The position numbers and the translations under genes are program-made. Below are positions 49,310 to 61,470 of a stretch of DNA of 64,000 nucleotides, one piece after another (within the stretch, counting starts at the first letter, position 1; each line of letters starts with the position of its first letter). The DNA lies in NCBI RefSeq assembly GCF_006345805.1, contig NC_043019.1, positions 28,457,360 through 28,521,359 on the forward strand, in the 5' to 3' direction. Below the pieces are notes generated by a model. It was given only the letters and a program-made list of their open reading frames with translations, searched no databases and had not been told where the DNA came from. The stretch comes from Octopus sinensis (Eukaryota).

Positions 49310-51231
49310 ATTTCCGAGGGGTTGAGGAGAGGAGTTTCGGAAAATTCACAGGACCTGACATTTTCTCCCCTCATAACTTTCTAGAAAATAGGTATTTTTT
49401 AGTAAAATACCTTTCAAACGGTGTAGATTACGATTACAAAATTTGTAGGCAAAATTTTTGGAAGGTAGCAAGGAGAGGAGTTTCGGATCAGACGGCCCAC
49501 ATAAGTTGGAATTTCTCCGTTTTGACGCGGATTTTTCTGTCTTCAGAATGATGGGTGGCATCTTTTCATGAAAAAAAAAGAAGAAATTTGGAAAATTGTT
49601 TTTTTTTCCACCCTCTCACCACCCCAGTTTGAAACGATTTTGGCCATATTTTTTCCTCTACACACTTAAAACCCGTGAGAGAAATATTTTAGGTTTAAAA
49701 AAAAATTCTTAATAATTTCAGAGGAAAATGTATGATTTAAGGGAGATCTGGCTGTTGTTTCTAGCACATCTAAAAACCTCCCTCCTCGTTCCTTTCTCAC
49801 TCATACATCTATTGATATTTTTCAATATTTTTCTCCCCATAAACAAATTTTATGGAATGATGATGTCAAAGTAATACAGTAGTCCCAACCTAGCAAGGCC
49901 GTGTTATGCGTGTGTATAAGAAAAAAAAGCACCTAAAAACATCTTTAGTGTTCATTTTAATCTGTCAAATGCTTATTTGTTCACGTTATTTTGACTTATT
50001 CAAGTTCAAGAGGGGTGCCCACAATATTTGCTTTTAACTGTGTAAATTTTTTACATACAGATTTGAAATTTTGTTAGTGGATGCTTTATATACCACTGGT
50101 TTATAGTTATGTAATTTTAGCTGATGTAGCTGAGTAAATTGGACTTTTATGGGAAGGTAAATTTAATTAACAGGTGTAAAAGCAATAACATTATGGATAA
50201 ACACTAAAATTGAAATTCTTAATGCATCTTACCTTTTTGATTTGTCACTAAAATCATCCCTGATAGCAACTGACAAAAATTTTGCCACTTTTCAAGATGA
50301 GGTGCATTAATTTGAATTAGTTAAAATACAGGTATAGTCAGTACAAGATTTTATTCTTTCCGTAAATATGTGCAGGTAACACATGAAAAAAAAAACATGA
50401 TCTTCCGTGACCGTTGCCAGTACCGCCTGACTGGCCCTCGTGCTGGTGGTATGTAAAACCACCCACTACACTCTCGGAGTGGTTGACGTTAGGAAGGGCA
50501 TCCAGCTGTAGAAACTCTGCCAAATCAAGATTGGAGCCTGGTGCAGACATCTGGTTCGCCAGTCCTCAGTCAAATCGTCGAACCCATGCTAGCATGTAAA
50601 GCGGACGTTAAACAATGATGATGGATAGTATTATAATCCCTTACAAAACTTCTTTTCCAAATTTTAAGCCCCAAAAATTAGGGGGTTCCTTATACATGTT
50701 AAAATGCAGTAATTTTACTTATGTGTAATGGAGTCCACATTACCTACAAGAATTTAATTTTTACCCCACTTGAGGTAATTTGCCCTGGTTTGCCCCAACT
50801 ATAGACAAAGCTAAAATATAGAGTAATGTTGATAATTCATCTGATAAGCAAAGCACCTTTTGAAGGAGACATACTTTCATGAAAGAGTTAACTGTGATTT
50901 TTATAAACGAAAACTTAGGGGACTTTTACATTGATTAGCTTAGCATGTTGAGGGCATTGACACTGTATCCATCATCATCCTTTAATGTCTACTTTTCCAT
51001 GCTTGGTAGATGTGAATGGCTTATTAAATTCTCTTTACTAATTGCAGCGATTAATTTTCAAAGCAGTCTGGTTTTAACTTTTAAACAAGATCATTTTCAA
51101 AGCAGTCTGGTTCCTTAGAAAACATTGCTTAGTAGTGCATCAGAAATTTTGGGTTACTGACCTGTCTAGTAGTAAAGGTAGTAGTGGTAGTAGTTGTAGT
51201 GGTGGTGGTGATGGTGGTGGTGGTGGTGGTC

Positions 51232-51277
<46 letters not shown>

Positions 51278-51390
51278 GGATGGTGGTGGTGACATCACTA
51301 GAAGCAGCAACTGTAGTGGTGGGGGTGGGGGACAGTAGAGATGGCAGCTGTGGTGGTGATGGTTGTAGTTGTAGCAGCAGAAGTAGTAGT

Positions 51391-51428
<38 letters not shown>

Positions 51429-51999
51429 TAGTAGCAGCTGTTGTTGTTGTTGTTTAGCTCCAAGACAACCCTGATCAAAGAGACCTTGAAACAGAGATAA
51501 TCCAATTGTGGCCATCCAGTTTTCTTTAAACCTGTTGCATCTATGATTACATTATACAATACGTCCTCTTTTGTTGTTTAACTCCAAAACAATCCTGACC
51601 AAACAGACCAATGTCCAAAGGTAATTCAACTGTGACCATCCAATATTTCTCAGACAAAGTATATATGATCACTTTATTCAGGGTAGGCCAAAAGTCATGC
51701 ACCAAAACATTTGACGCTTTATTATTATTATTATTATCATTTATGGGTTTTTCTTCTTCTTTCAAATTTGCTTCCATTTCTTGCCGAGTATCTTCCCGAC
51801 TCCTAGGGCAAAGAAACTCATTGTATACATTGGTAGGCCATTAAACTAAACTCACTAGTTCGTTCTTTTTTTTCTTTTTTTTTTTATAGAAATAAAGTTA
51901 AATTAAAATACATGGGTAGTTATAGTTCTCACATCGACAATGCTCTTCTCAATACGTGTGATGTACCAGTTAAGACAATCTTTTGCACCTCATTATCAA

Positions 52000-52041
<42 letters not shown>

Positions 52042-52256
52042 TATCATTGTTATTGTTATTATTATTATTATTTTTATTATTATTCATTTTGTTCATTATG
52101 TACAAGTATGTGTGTAGCCATCGTTATTTTATTTCATTCAATGCCTTTGACAATTCCAGAGCATATTGCACTTATTTTGTGCATGACTTTTGGCCCATCC
52201 TGTATAATGTCTTTCCTTATTACTTAGCTCTGAGTCAACTCTTAATCAACCCTTAA
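49310..52256 (+). repeat. Tandem duplication, copy 1 (~2.95 kb)
   Basis: Collinear and highly similar to 52257-55289. Confidence 0.92.
51738..51998 (-). mobile_element. Dong/R4-type LINE 3' end, subfamily 1
   Basis: EVQKIVLTGTSHVLRRALSM* (stop 51929-31), 3'UTR, (TAA)n tail. Confidence 0.7.
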
Positions 52257-54176
52257 ATTTCCGAGGGTTGAGGAGAGGAGTTTCGGAAAATTCACAGGAC
52301 CTGACATTTTCTCCCCTCATAACTTTCTAGATATTTCTAGGTATTTTTTAGTAAAATTTTATACAAATACCTTTCAAACGGTGTAGATTACGATGACAAA
52401 ATTTGTAGGCAAAATTTTTGGAAGGTAGCAAGGAGAGGAGTTTCGGATCAGACGGCCCACATAAGTTGGAATTTCTCCATTTTGACGCGGATTTTTCTGT
52501 CTTCAGAATGATGGGTGGCATCTTTTCATGAAAAAAAAAGAGAAAATTTGGAAAATTGTTTTTTTTTCCACCCTCTCACCACCCCAGTTTGAAACGATTT
52601 TGGCCATATTTTTTCCTCTACACACTTAAAACCCGTGAGAGAAATATTTTAGGTTTAAAAAAAAATTCTTAATAATTTCAGAGGAAAATGTATGATTTAA
52701 GGGAGATCTGGCTGTTGTTTCTAGCACATCTAAAAACCTCCCTCCTCGTTCCTTTCTCACTCATACATCTATTGATATTTTTCAATATTTTTCTCCCCAT
52801 AAACAAATTTTATGGAATGATGATGTCAAAGTAATACAGTAGTCCCAACCTAGCAAGGCCGTGTTATGTGTGCATGTAAGTAAAAAACACCTAAAAACAT
52901 CTTTAGTGTTCATATCAATCTGTCAAATATAATGCTTATTTGTTCACGTTATTTTGACTTATTCAAGTTCAAGAGGGGTGCCCACAATATTTGCTTTTAA
53001 CTGTGTAAATTTTTTACATACAGATTTGAAATTTTGTCAGTGGATGCTTTATATACCACTGGTTTATAGTTATGTAATTTTAGCTGATGTAGCTGAGTAA
53101 ATTGGACTTTTATGGGAAGGTAAATTTAATTAACAGGTGTAAAAGCAATAACATTATGGATAAACACTAAAATTGAAATTCTTAATGCATCTTACCTTTT
53201 TGATTTGTCACTAAAATCATCCCTGATGGCAACTGACAAAAATTTTGCCACTTTTCAAGATGAGGTGCATTAATTTGAATTAGTTAAAATACAGGTATAG
53301 TCAGTACAAGATTTTATTCTTTCCGTAAATATGTGCAGGTAACACATGAAAAAAAAAACATGATCTTCCGTGACCGTTGCCAGTACCGCCTGACTGGCCC
53401 TCGCGCTGGTGGCACGTAAAACCACCCACTACACTCTCAGAGTGATTGACATTAGGAAGGGCATCCAGCTGTAGAAACTCTGTCAAATCAAGATTGGGGC
53501 CTGGTGCAGACATCTGGTTCGCCAGTCCTCAGTCAAATCGTCGAACCCATGCTAGCATGTAAAGCGGACGTTAAACAATGATGATGGATAGTATTATAAT
53601 CTCTTACAAAACTTCTTTTCCAAATTTTAAGCCCCAAAAATTAGGGGGTTCCTTATACATGTTAAATGCAGTAATTTTACTTATGTGTAATGGAGTCCAC
53701 ATTACTCACAAGAATTTAATTTTTACCCCACTTGAGGTAATTTGCCCTGGTTTGCCCCAACTATAGACAAAGCTAAAATATAGAGTAATGTTGATAATTC
53801 ATCAGATAAGCAAAGCACCTTTTGAAGGAGACATACTTTCATGAAAGAGGTAACTGTGATTTTTATAAACGGAAACTTTGGGGACTTTTACATTGATTAG
53901 CTTAGCATGTTGAGGGCATTGACACTGTATCCATCATCATCCTTTAATGTCTACTTTTCCATGCTTGGTAGATGTGAATGGCTAATTAAATTCTCTTTTA
54001 CTAATTGCAGCGATTAATTTTCAAAACAGTCTGGTTTTAACTTTCAAACAAGATCATTTTCAAAGCAGTCTGGTTCCTTAGAAAACATTGCTTAGTAGTG
54101 CATCAGAAATTTTGGGTTACTGACCTGTCTAGTAGTAAAGGTAGTAGTGGTAGTAATTGTAGTGGTGGTGGTGGTC

Positions 54177-54210
<34 letters not shown>

Positions 54211-55034
54211 GGATGGTGGTGGTGACTTCACTAGAAGCAGCAACTGTAGTGGTGGGGGTGGGGGACAGTAGAGATGGCAGCTGTGGTGGTGATGGTTGTA
54301 GTTGTAGCAGCAGCAGCAGTATAGTAGTAGTAGTAGTAGCAGCAGCAGCAGCAGTAGCAGTAGTAGTAGTAGTAGTAGTAGTAGCAGCTGTTGTTGTTGT
54401 TGTTTAGCTCCAAGACAACCCTGATCAAAGAGACCGTGAAACAGAGACAATCCAATTGTGGCCATCCAGTTTTCTTTAAACCTGTTGTATCTATGATTAC
54501 ATTATACAATACGTCCTCTTTTGTTGTTTAACTCCAAAACAATCCTGACCAAACAGACCAATGTCCAAAGGTAATCCAACTGTGACCATCCAATATTTCT
54601 CAGACAAAGTATATATGATCACTTTATTCAGGATAGGCCAAAAGTCATGCACCAAAACATTTGTCGCTTTATTATTATTATTCTATGTTTGACTTTTGCT
54701 TTATATTTGTACAAGTTGGCTCCAAGTCTCACCCAGAGACCTCAAGAGACAACAGGTTGGAAGTTCGGGATGTTGTTATGCCTAGTGTGCCATATATTTG
54801 GTTTTGTATTTAGTGTTGTACTAGTGAATGTCTATAAAAAAAGTTATAAAAATTATGTTTGTTTTAAAACTTGAGATTACATAGAAAGTAATTTGCGTAG
54901 GATATGAGCAGTTCCCATGAACACTATTTTTTGGATTTCTGCCATTTTTGGGTTTCCTGGTATCTGAGTTAGGTAGCAATCAGCCCCTTTTGCTATCATT
55001 CCCAGGGCACCTACAACAACAGGTATTGTTTTAG

Positions 55035-55080
<46 letters not shown>

Positions 55081-55289
55081 CCACCATCACCATCACCATC
55101 ATCATCATTCATTCATTCATTTTGTTCATAATGTACAAGTATGTGTGTAGCCATCATTATTTTATTTTATTCAATATCTTTGACAATTCCAGAGCATATT
55201 GCACTTATCTTGTGCATGACTTTTGGCCCACCCTGTATAATGTCTTTCCTTATTACTTAGCTCTGAGTCAACTCTTAATCAACCCTTAA
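52257..55289 (+). repeat. Tandem duplication, copy 2 (~3.03 kb)
   Basis: Junction CAACCCTTAA|ATTTCCGAG at 52256/52257. Confidence 0.92.
54683..55034 (-). mobile_element. Dong/R4-type LINE 3' end, subfamily 2
   Basis: Uninterrupted KTIPVVVGALGMIAKGADCYLTQIPGNPKMAEIQKIVFMGTAHILRKLLSM* (stop 54877-79), 3'UTR, (TAA)n tail. Confidence 0.8.
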
Positions 55290-55559
55290 TCCTATCTTTT
55301 ATTCAGAGATGCTGTATCCCAAATTACACTATGCAGTGTGTAATTTTTCTTTTAAAATTAATGGGGTGTAGTTTGATTGAGATTTTGGTAACTATTTCTA
55401 GCAGAACTAGTGATCACACAGAGGCTTTCTCCTTGAGTTATGGCATGTAGCTAGAGAGATATGTACACAGGTTGTTCGTAGCTCACTGTGGACCTCATCC
55501 TTTTATGCTATTGGACCATGAGTTATCATCCTCATCTTCACAGCATGAACCAATGAAAA

Positions 55560-55930
55560 AGCCTCTATATCGGTCAAGGACAAAGCACAGCCAGTAGGAC
55601 TTTATGAAGGACACATCTAATGAAAAATAGTCTGAATGTTTTAGTAGTGCAGCCTGCCGGATGACAAGCCATATCTCATGTGGCCTCCTTTCTTGATATG
55701 ACTGGTGTGTCTTGGAGCTCCTGCTAACGAATTTTGAGTGAAGAATTGCAAATGAAAAGAGTTACAGTAAAATTTGCACCTCTCTTGCTCACAGAAGATC
55801 AAGAGAAGTCACAACTGAATGCATGTCGTGAACTGAAAGAACAGTTGAAAGCTGATCTGGACCCTTTTTCTTGAAGGTCATGACTGGTGATGAAAACTGG
55901 TGCTATGGAATTTGTAGAATGGGTGAAGAA
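55560..55930 (+). mobile_element. mariner transposase relic (further pieces ~56440-56600 and ~57040-57200 on the minus strand)
   Basis: RILSEELQMKRVTVKFAPLLLTEDQ...KVMTGDENWCYG. Confidence 0.8.
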
Positions 55931-56667
55931 AGGAAACAATGGAAGCATTAAAAGCATCACTTCGCAAGAGTTCCAGTGCTGCTTCAAATGGAGAACACTT
56001 TGAGGGCAATAAAAGTGTAAACATGTAAAACTAAGTGGATGAAATAATATTGCAAAATTGCAGTTTCTTTAGGGTACCTCTTCGTGTACTGAAGGATAAA
56101 AGAAGTCTGGTCAAAAAGTACTGGGCAAGGTGCTATAAAAAGTAAGCTACAACATATATCAATTTGCCATTTAAGATATACGTGCCAGTGGCACATAAAA
56201 AGCACCAATCTGACCGTGGCCAATGCCAGCCTCGCCTGGCACCTGTGCAGGTGGCATGTAAAAAGCACCCACTACACTCACGGAGCGGTTGGCGTTAGGA
56301 AGGGCATCCAGCCGTAGAAACATTGCCAGATAAGACTGGAGCCTGGTGCAGCCTTCTGGCTTCCCAGATCCCCGGTCGAACCGTCCAACCCATGCTAGCA
56401 TGGAGAACGGACGTTAAACGATGATGATGAGGATGATATTTAATCTTCAAAGTAGTTCCCCTCTGAAGCCATGAACTTTTTCTGTTATTGTTTCCATTGA
56501 TGGAAGCATTCTTGTAACTTCCTTTTCGAGGATAGCAAGTAACTGCCTCATTGCGTTCTCTTGGATTTCCTCAACATCTTGAAATCTTAGAAAATTACCA
56601 TTTTAAATCCCAAACTATATATTATGAACAGGAATTTGACAATGCCACCTCTAGCTGGACAATTATT

Positions 56668-56710
56668 CTGTGCTGATGAAGGGAAATAACCTGAAAATCG
56701 CAATACACAG
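56668..56710 (+). ncRNA. Minimal hammerhead ribozyme motif in a Penelope-like repeat
   Basis: CTGTG-CTGATGA-AGG gaaataa CCT-GAAA-atcgca-ATA-CACAG; stems I and II perfect, stem III imperfect. Confidence 0.55.
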
Positions 56711-58986
56711 ATATTGTTTTGAGCTGAGTGGGGGTGCTAGATTCCCTTGTTCGGAAATATAAGGACACAGATTGTGTCGTATAACCAGCTGGAGACGATG
56801 TCTCCTGGAGCTAAATTACAGCAACATTTGTCCTAAACCAGGACTACCATGTTATGTTGGCAAACAATCTTTACTATCTTGAAATCATCATCATCATCAT
56901 AGTTTAACGTCCGCTTTCCATGCTAGCATGGGTTGGACAATTTGACTGAGGACTGGCGAACCAGATGGCTGCATCAGGCTCCAATCTGATCTTGCAGAGT
57001 TTCTACAGCTGGATGCCCTTCCTAACACCAGAAATCTTGTTCCTTTCAAATGGGATTGCTTTCAAGTCTTGGTTTCAGGGTCATCGCAATAAATCTATGA
57101 TTTGCCACCTCTTGTGACCATTTTCAAAACGTTTTCATCTTCCTCAACACAATCAAGAAGATCCTGTGTAGCTTTTTAAGGTGATCACACTCTACGCACT
57201 TTATTTCCAAGCACTGCTATAAACAACAAAAGTAAACAAGAACATTATACCTTAATGCACATGCATAACAGAGTTCAAAGCCAATCTGTGCTGAGTTGCT
57301 TTACTCTGTGTACTTTAGTTCTATTATCATAGCAACAGTTTCAATACTTTTCGATCAGGCCTCATATGATGCTGTTAACCAGATTCAGAACAGTGTGTAA
57401 CTGGTACTTAATTTATCGACCCCGAAAGGATGAAAGGCAAAGTCTACCTTGGCGGAATTTGAACTCAGAACGTAAAGACAGACAAAATACCTATTTCTTT
57501 ACTACCCACAAGGGGCTAAACACAGAGAGGACAAACAAGGACAGACAAACGGATTAAGTCGATTATATCGACCCCAGTGCGTAACTGGTACTTAATTTAT
57601 CGACCCCGAAAGGATGAAAGGCAAAGTCGACCTCGGCGGAATTTGAACTCAGAATGTAATGGCAGACAAAATACCGCTAAGCGTTTCGTTGCTTACCATA
57701 AAATACAGTATTAACAAATTTTCTCTTCAGAGGAAAACAAAAAAACAAAAAAAAAAATGTTGAAGTACACTTGTATTTGCTACATTAGTTAATCTAATTT
57801 GAGTGTCATGCTATTAAACATAATATTTATCTTCTCAGCTAATATCAATACAAGAAGCCAACCTGACCTCAATGTGCTTTATGATATAATAACTGATTAA
57901 AGAAGAGCACTCAAGAGAAGTGGATTGATTGACAGCTGCATATCTTTTATCATTTACTTGTTCCAGTCAGTGGATTGTGGTCATGCTGGAGCCCCACTTT
58001 GATGAGTTTTAGTTGAATAAATCAATCCCAGTACTTAGGTTTTTTTTTTTTTTTGTAAGGTCTGGTATTTATTCTATAGATCTCTTTTGCTGAACTGCTA
58101 AGTTCTGGGGACATAACTTAGCGGTTCAGCAAAAGAGGTCGATAGAATAAGTACTAGACTGACAAAGAATAAGTCCTGGTGTCGATTTGCTCAACTAAAG
58201 GCAGTGCTCCAGCATGGCTGCACTCAAATGACTGAAACAAGTAAAAGAATCAGATGAAAAACAGTTATCTGTACACTAATATAAAGGATACAAGTTGATT
58301 AAAACCATACTAAGTAAAGTACCAGTAAACTAGTCTAGTAGCAGAAGGAATTTGAAGTCCCTGCTCATAAATTAGTGTAGCTTGGAGTGGTTCTGGACCA
58401 CTCGGAAAAAATGGTAAAAAATTACACCAGAAAGGATGCAACACGTCGTGTTGCTTCCCTTGCACAAATACTTTGTGTTGTCTGCCACTGCTTGTCATCT
58501 CATGCTAATTCTGACAATAAAAGTCTTAAGCCTATGATGTCATGTAGTTTATATTTATTTTACAGAACATTAGAAGAACAATCTTATGAAGTAATAATAG
58601 TTTTGATTTTGTTTCTGTAATTTATAAGGGAAGCATTTCTTCCCTTGCTTCCACGGACCGCACGCCTGATATACAAATACATACACACACACACATTTAT
58701 ATGCACGCACACACACACATATATATACATACACACACAAATATACACATGCACACACAAAGTGTACATATACACATGTCCCTACTAGCAATTAATATGT
58801 ACGTTCCAGTTGCCAGGAATGTGTTTCCTGTGTAAAATTAGTCTAAATTTGGTGGCTTTTTAAGCAATGTGCTTGTGGATGGCCATTGGATTGGATGTGG
58901 TTCTGAAGAAGGAGTAAGAACTCCTAAAATATCCATATACACCCATTCCCTATTTTTCTATTTTCAATCACATTGTTTATATAGAC

Positions 58987-59297
58987 CAGAGGTTTTCAAA
59001 CTTCTTGGGTCACCCCTCCTCATGGCTACATAATACCCTCAGTGCCCCAACCCCTATTTTTATGTATAAATGAATATTTTATATTTTAGTAATTTATACA
59101 TACTATGAATCATTTGATATTTAATATATTATATAATTTGTATAAAATATTAAAATAAATTCATAGCGTCCTCCAATTCACTGCCTTCCTCCCAACGCCT
59201 CCTTTTTCTTTATGCCCGCCCCCTTAAGCACTAGCACCCACCTGGACTGTCTCAACGCCCACTGGGGGTGTGGTAGTGCCCATTTTGGGAACCTATG
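58987..59297. mobile_element. hAT (Charlie-like) MITE
   Basis: TIR CAGAGGTTTTCAAA / CATAGGTTCCCAAA; TSD ATATAGAC / ATATAGAT. Confidence 0.75.
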
Positions 59298-60269
59298 ATA
59301 TAGATGTATTTGTATATGAAACCTCATATCTTTCAGTGCTGGCTCTAATTTCAAAAGAAAATCCATGGAATTTGAAAAGTGATATATGTGTGTGAGTGTG
59401 TGTGTGTGTGTGTACCTGCATATGCTATCAACTTAACCAGGAAGAAACACAGCTGTTGAGACCAACTCGTTACAAACCAGTCACTTAAAACAAGTTTATT
59501 TCTCAATTTTTTTTTTCAAAAATTAAAATTTTTTTTTTCTTAAATTGTATCTCATTAGAAAGCAAAGAATTTCAAAATTATCAATTACAAATTAGATTTT
59601 CATGAAAAGAATCTTCAATTGAAAATTTTCAATAATAACAATAATAATAATAATAATATTTATTCACACGAATGTAAGATAACAATTCTATAAAGAGATT
59701 CTCAGATTCTGAGAGCCAAATACTCTGATAAATAAATAAATATTTTAAGAACAAAAAGAAATTTAAAAAATGGATTGTTTTAACAATAGAATTGTGTAAT
59801 CTTTTATTTCCTTCCCATCTGAAGTAACTGAACAAATTAACACTTTTGCAAGCAGAAAACCTGTTTGGTTGTCAGAGTTTGAATTTGAAGTGCGGACAAA
59901 AGATAGTGTTGACAGTTAGCAAAGATTTCTTTCTATTTCTCTTTCCACCCTAGATTATTAAACAAACAAACTATATAGCTTTTTTTACAAGCAAGAAAAT
60001 AAAAAAAAAAAAAACTTGTTTGGTTGGAAAGAGAATAACTTGAGAAGAAGCATCAATGAAACAGTGTTGATGGTAAGCAAAAACAAAAAAAAAAGTTCTT
60101 TTCCATATATGAGACTTATCGTATTATATTATTTGCTGTGAACCTGTATAACAGTTAGAAAATGGGAGTCAGAGTTTGTTAATATCATAGAAGTTATGTT
60201 GAAAAATATATCTATATTTTGTATTTAATTATAATTTTTTTTTAGTCAGTCTGAACTAATTAAAAGCTC

Positions 60270-60272
60270 TTT

Positions 60273-60316
<44 letters not shown>

Positions 60317-60396
60317 TATATATACACATAAAACACACGTGTATATATATGTGTACACGTATGTTTTTTTTATACACACGTTTGTGCATGTGTATG

Positions 60397-60453
<57 letters not shown>

Positions 60454-60552
60454 TATATATACACACACACACATATATATACACATAAAACACACGTGTA
60501 TATATATGTGTACACGTATGTTTTTTTATACACACGTTTGTGCATGTGTATG

Positions 60553-60636
<84 letters not shown>

Positions 60637-60640
60637 ACAT
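60270..60640. repeat. (TA)/(CA)-rich tract containing a ~115-bp unit duplicated in tandem
   Basis: CACATAAAACACACGTGTATA...CACACGTTTGTGCATG occurs twice. Confidence 0.85.
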
Positions 60641-61094
60641 ATGTCTGTGTGTACAATTCTTTTGTTGTGTGAAGAGTTACACATTGCCAGAAAAATATGA
60701 GTAGCAGCACAGTGAAATAGCAGCTTTGAATGATTATGCGCTACCAAATGTATAGAGTACACTTTTTTCTTCTTCTTCCATTTGTATATTCAAGCATAAA
60801 AATAACACCTGTAATGCTTACAATCACATACATATAGCAATACCAATGCATAAATTATATAAAGTGAAACATTTCCCATTATTCACTATGAAGGACAGGA
60901 ACAAGACCCTCAGAATAGCTACTGAGTAAAGCTTCAATTTTAGATAACTGAAAATTATACATATATATATATAAAATGAATAACACATATATATGTATGT
61001 GCGTGTGCCTATATATATGTATGCATATATATGAGTGTATATCTATACATATATGTGTGTGTTGGGTGTTCAAACATTAATACACAAAATTGCA

Positions 61095-61470
61095 GAAAAA
61101 CATGCTCTGAGCACTTTTTCGAACTCCACCTGTCTAACACCTGTGGATATGTTTACAAAGTCAGAAAACAGCACAACTCCCACGACTTTCGGAAACATTT
61201 TTTCACACTAAGTGTTGCTGAAGTATGGAACAAACTGCCGGCATCAGTTGTTAGTTGTCGGAGCACTGCATCCTTCAAAACTTCCATGCTTCCTGAGATT
61301 CGCCAACACTGCACCTGATTTCCTCCCCTCCATACACACGCAAGCATGTATCTGACTCATACACTGTTCACTTCCCAGACATTTGTACATTACTGCATAT
61401 GCTTTATACACACTTTTGACAAGTTGTGGTACACCTGAGAACTGTATACAATAATTTCATTATTATTATA
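61095..61470 (+). mobile_element. CR1/L2-type LINE 3' end
   Basis: YKVRKQHNSHDFRKHFFTLSVAEVWNKLPASVV C-terminal motif, 3'UTR, (ATT)n tail. Confidence 0.75.

Noticed and set aside
57840-59920. Plus-strand exon-like pieces (NINTRSQPDLNVLYDIITD*, TLEEQSYE, TEQINTFASRKPVWLSEFEFEVRTKDSVDS*)
   Set aside because: Plausible acceptors but no homology I recognise and no coherent gene model.
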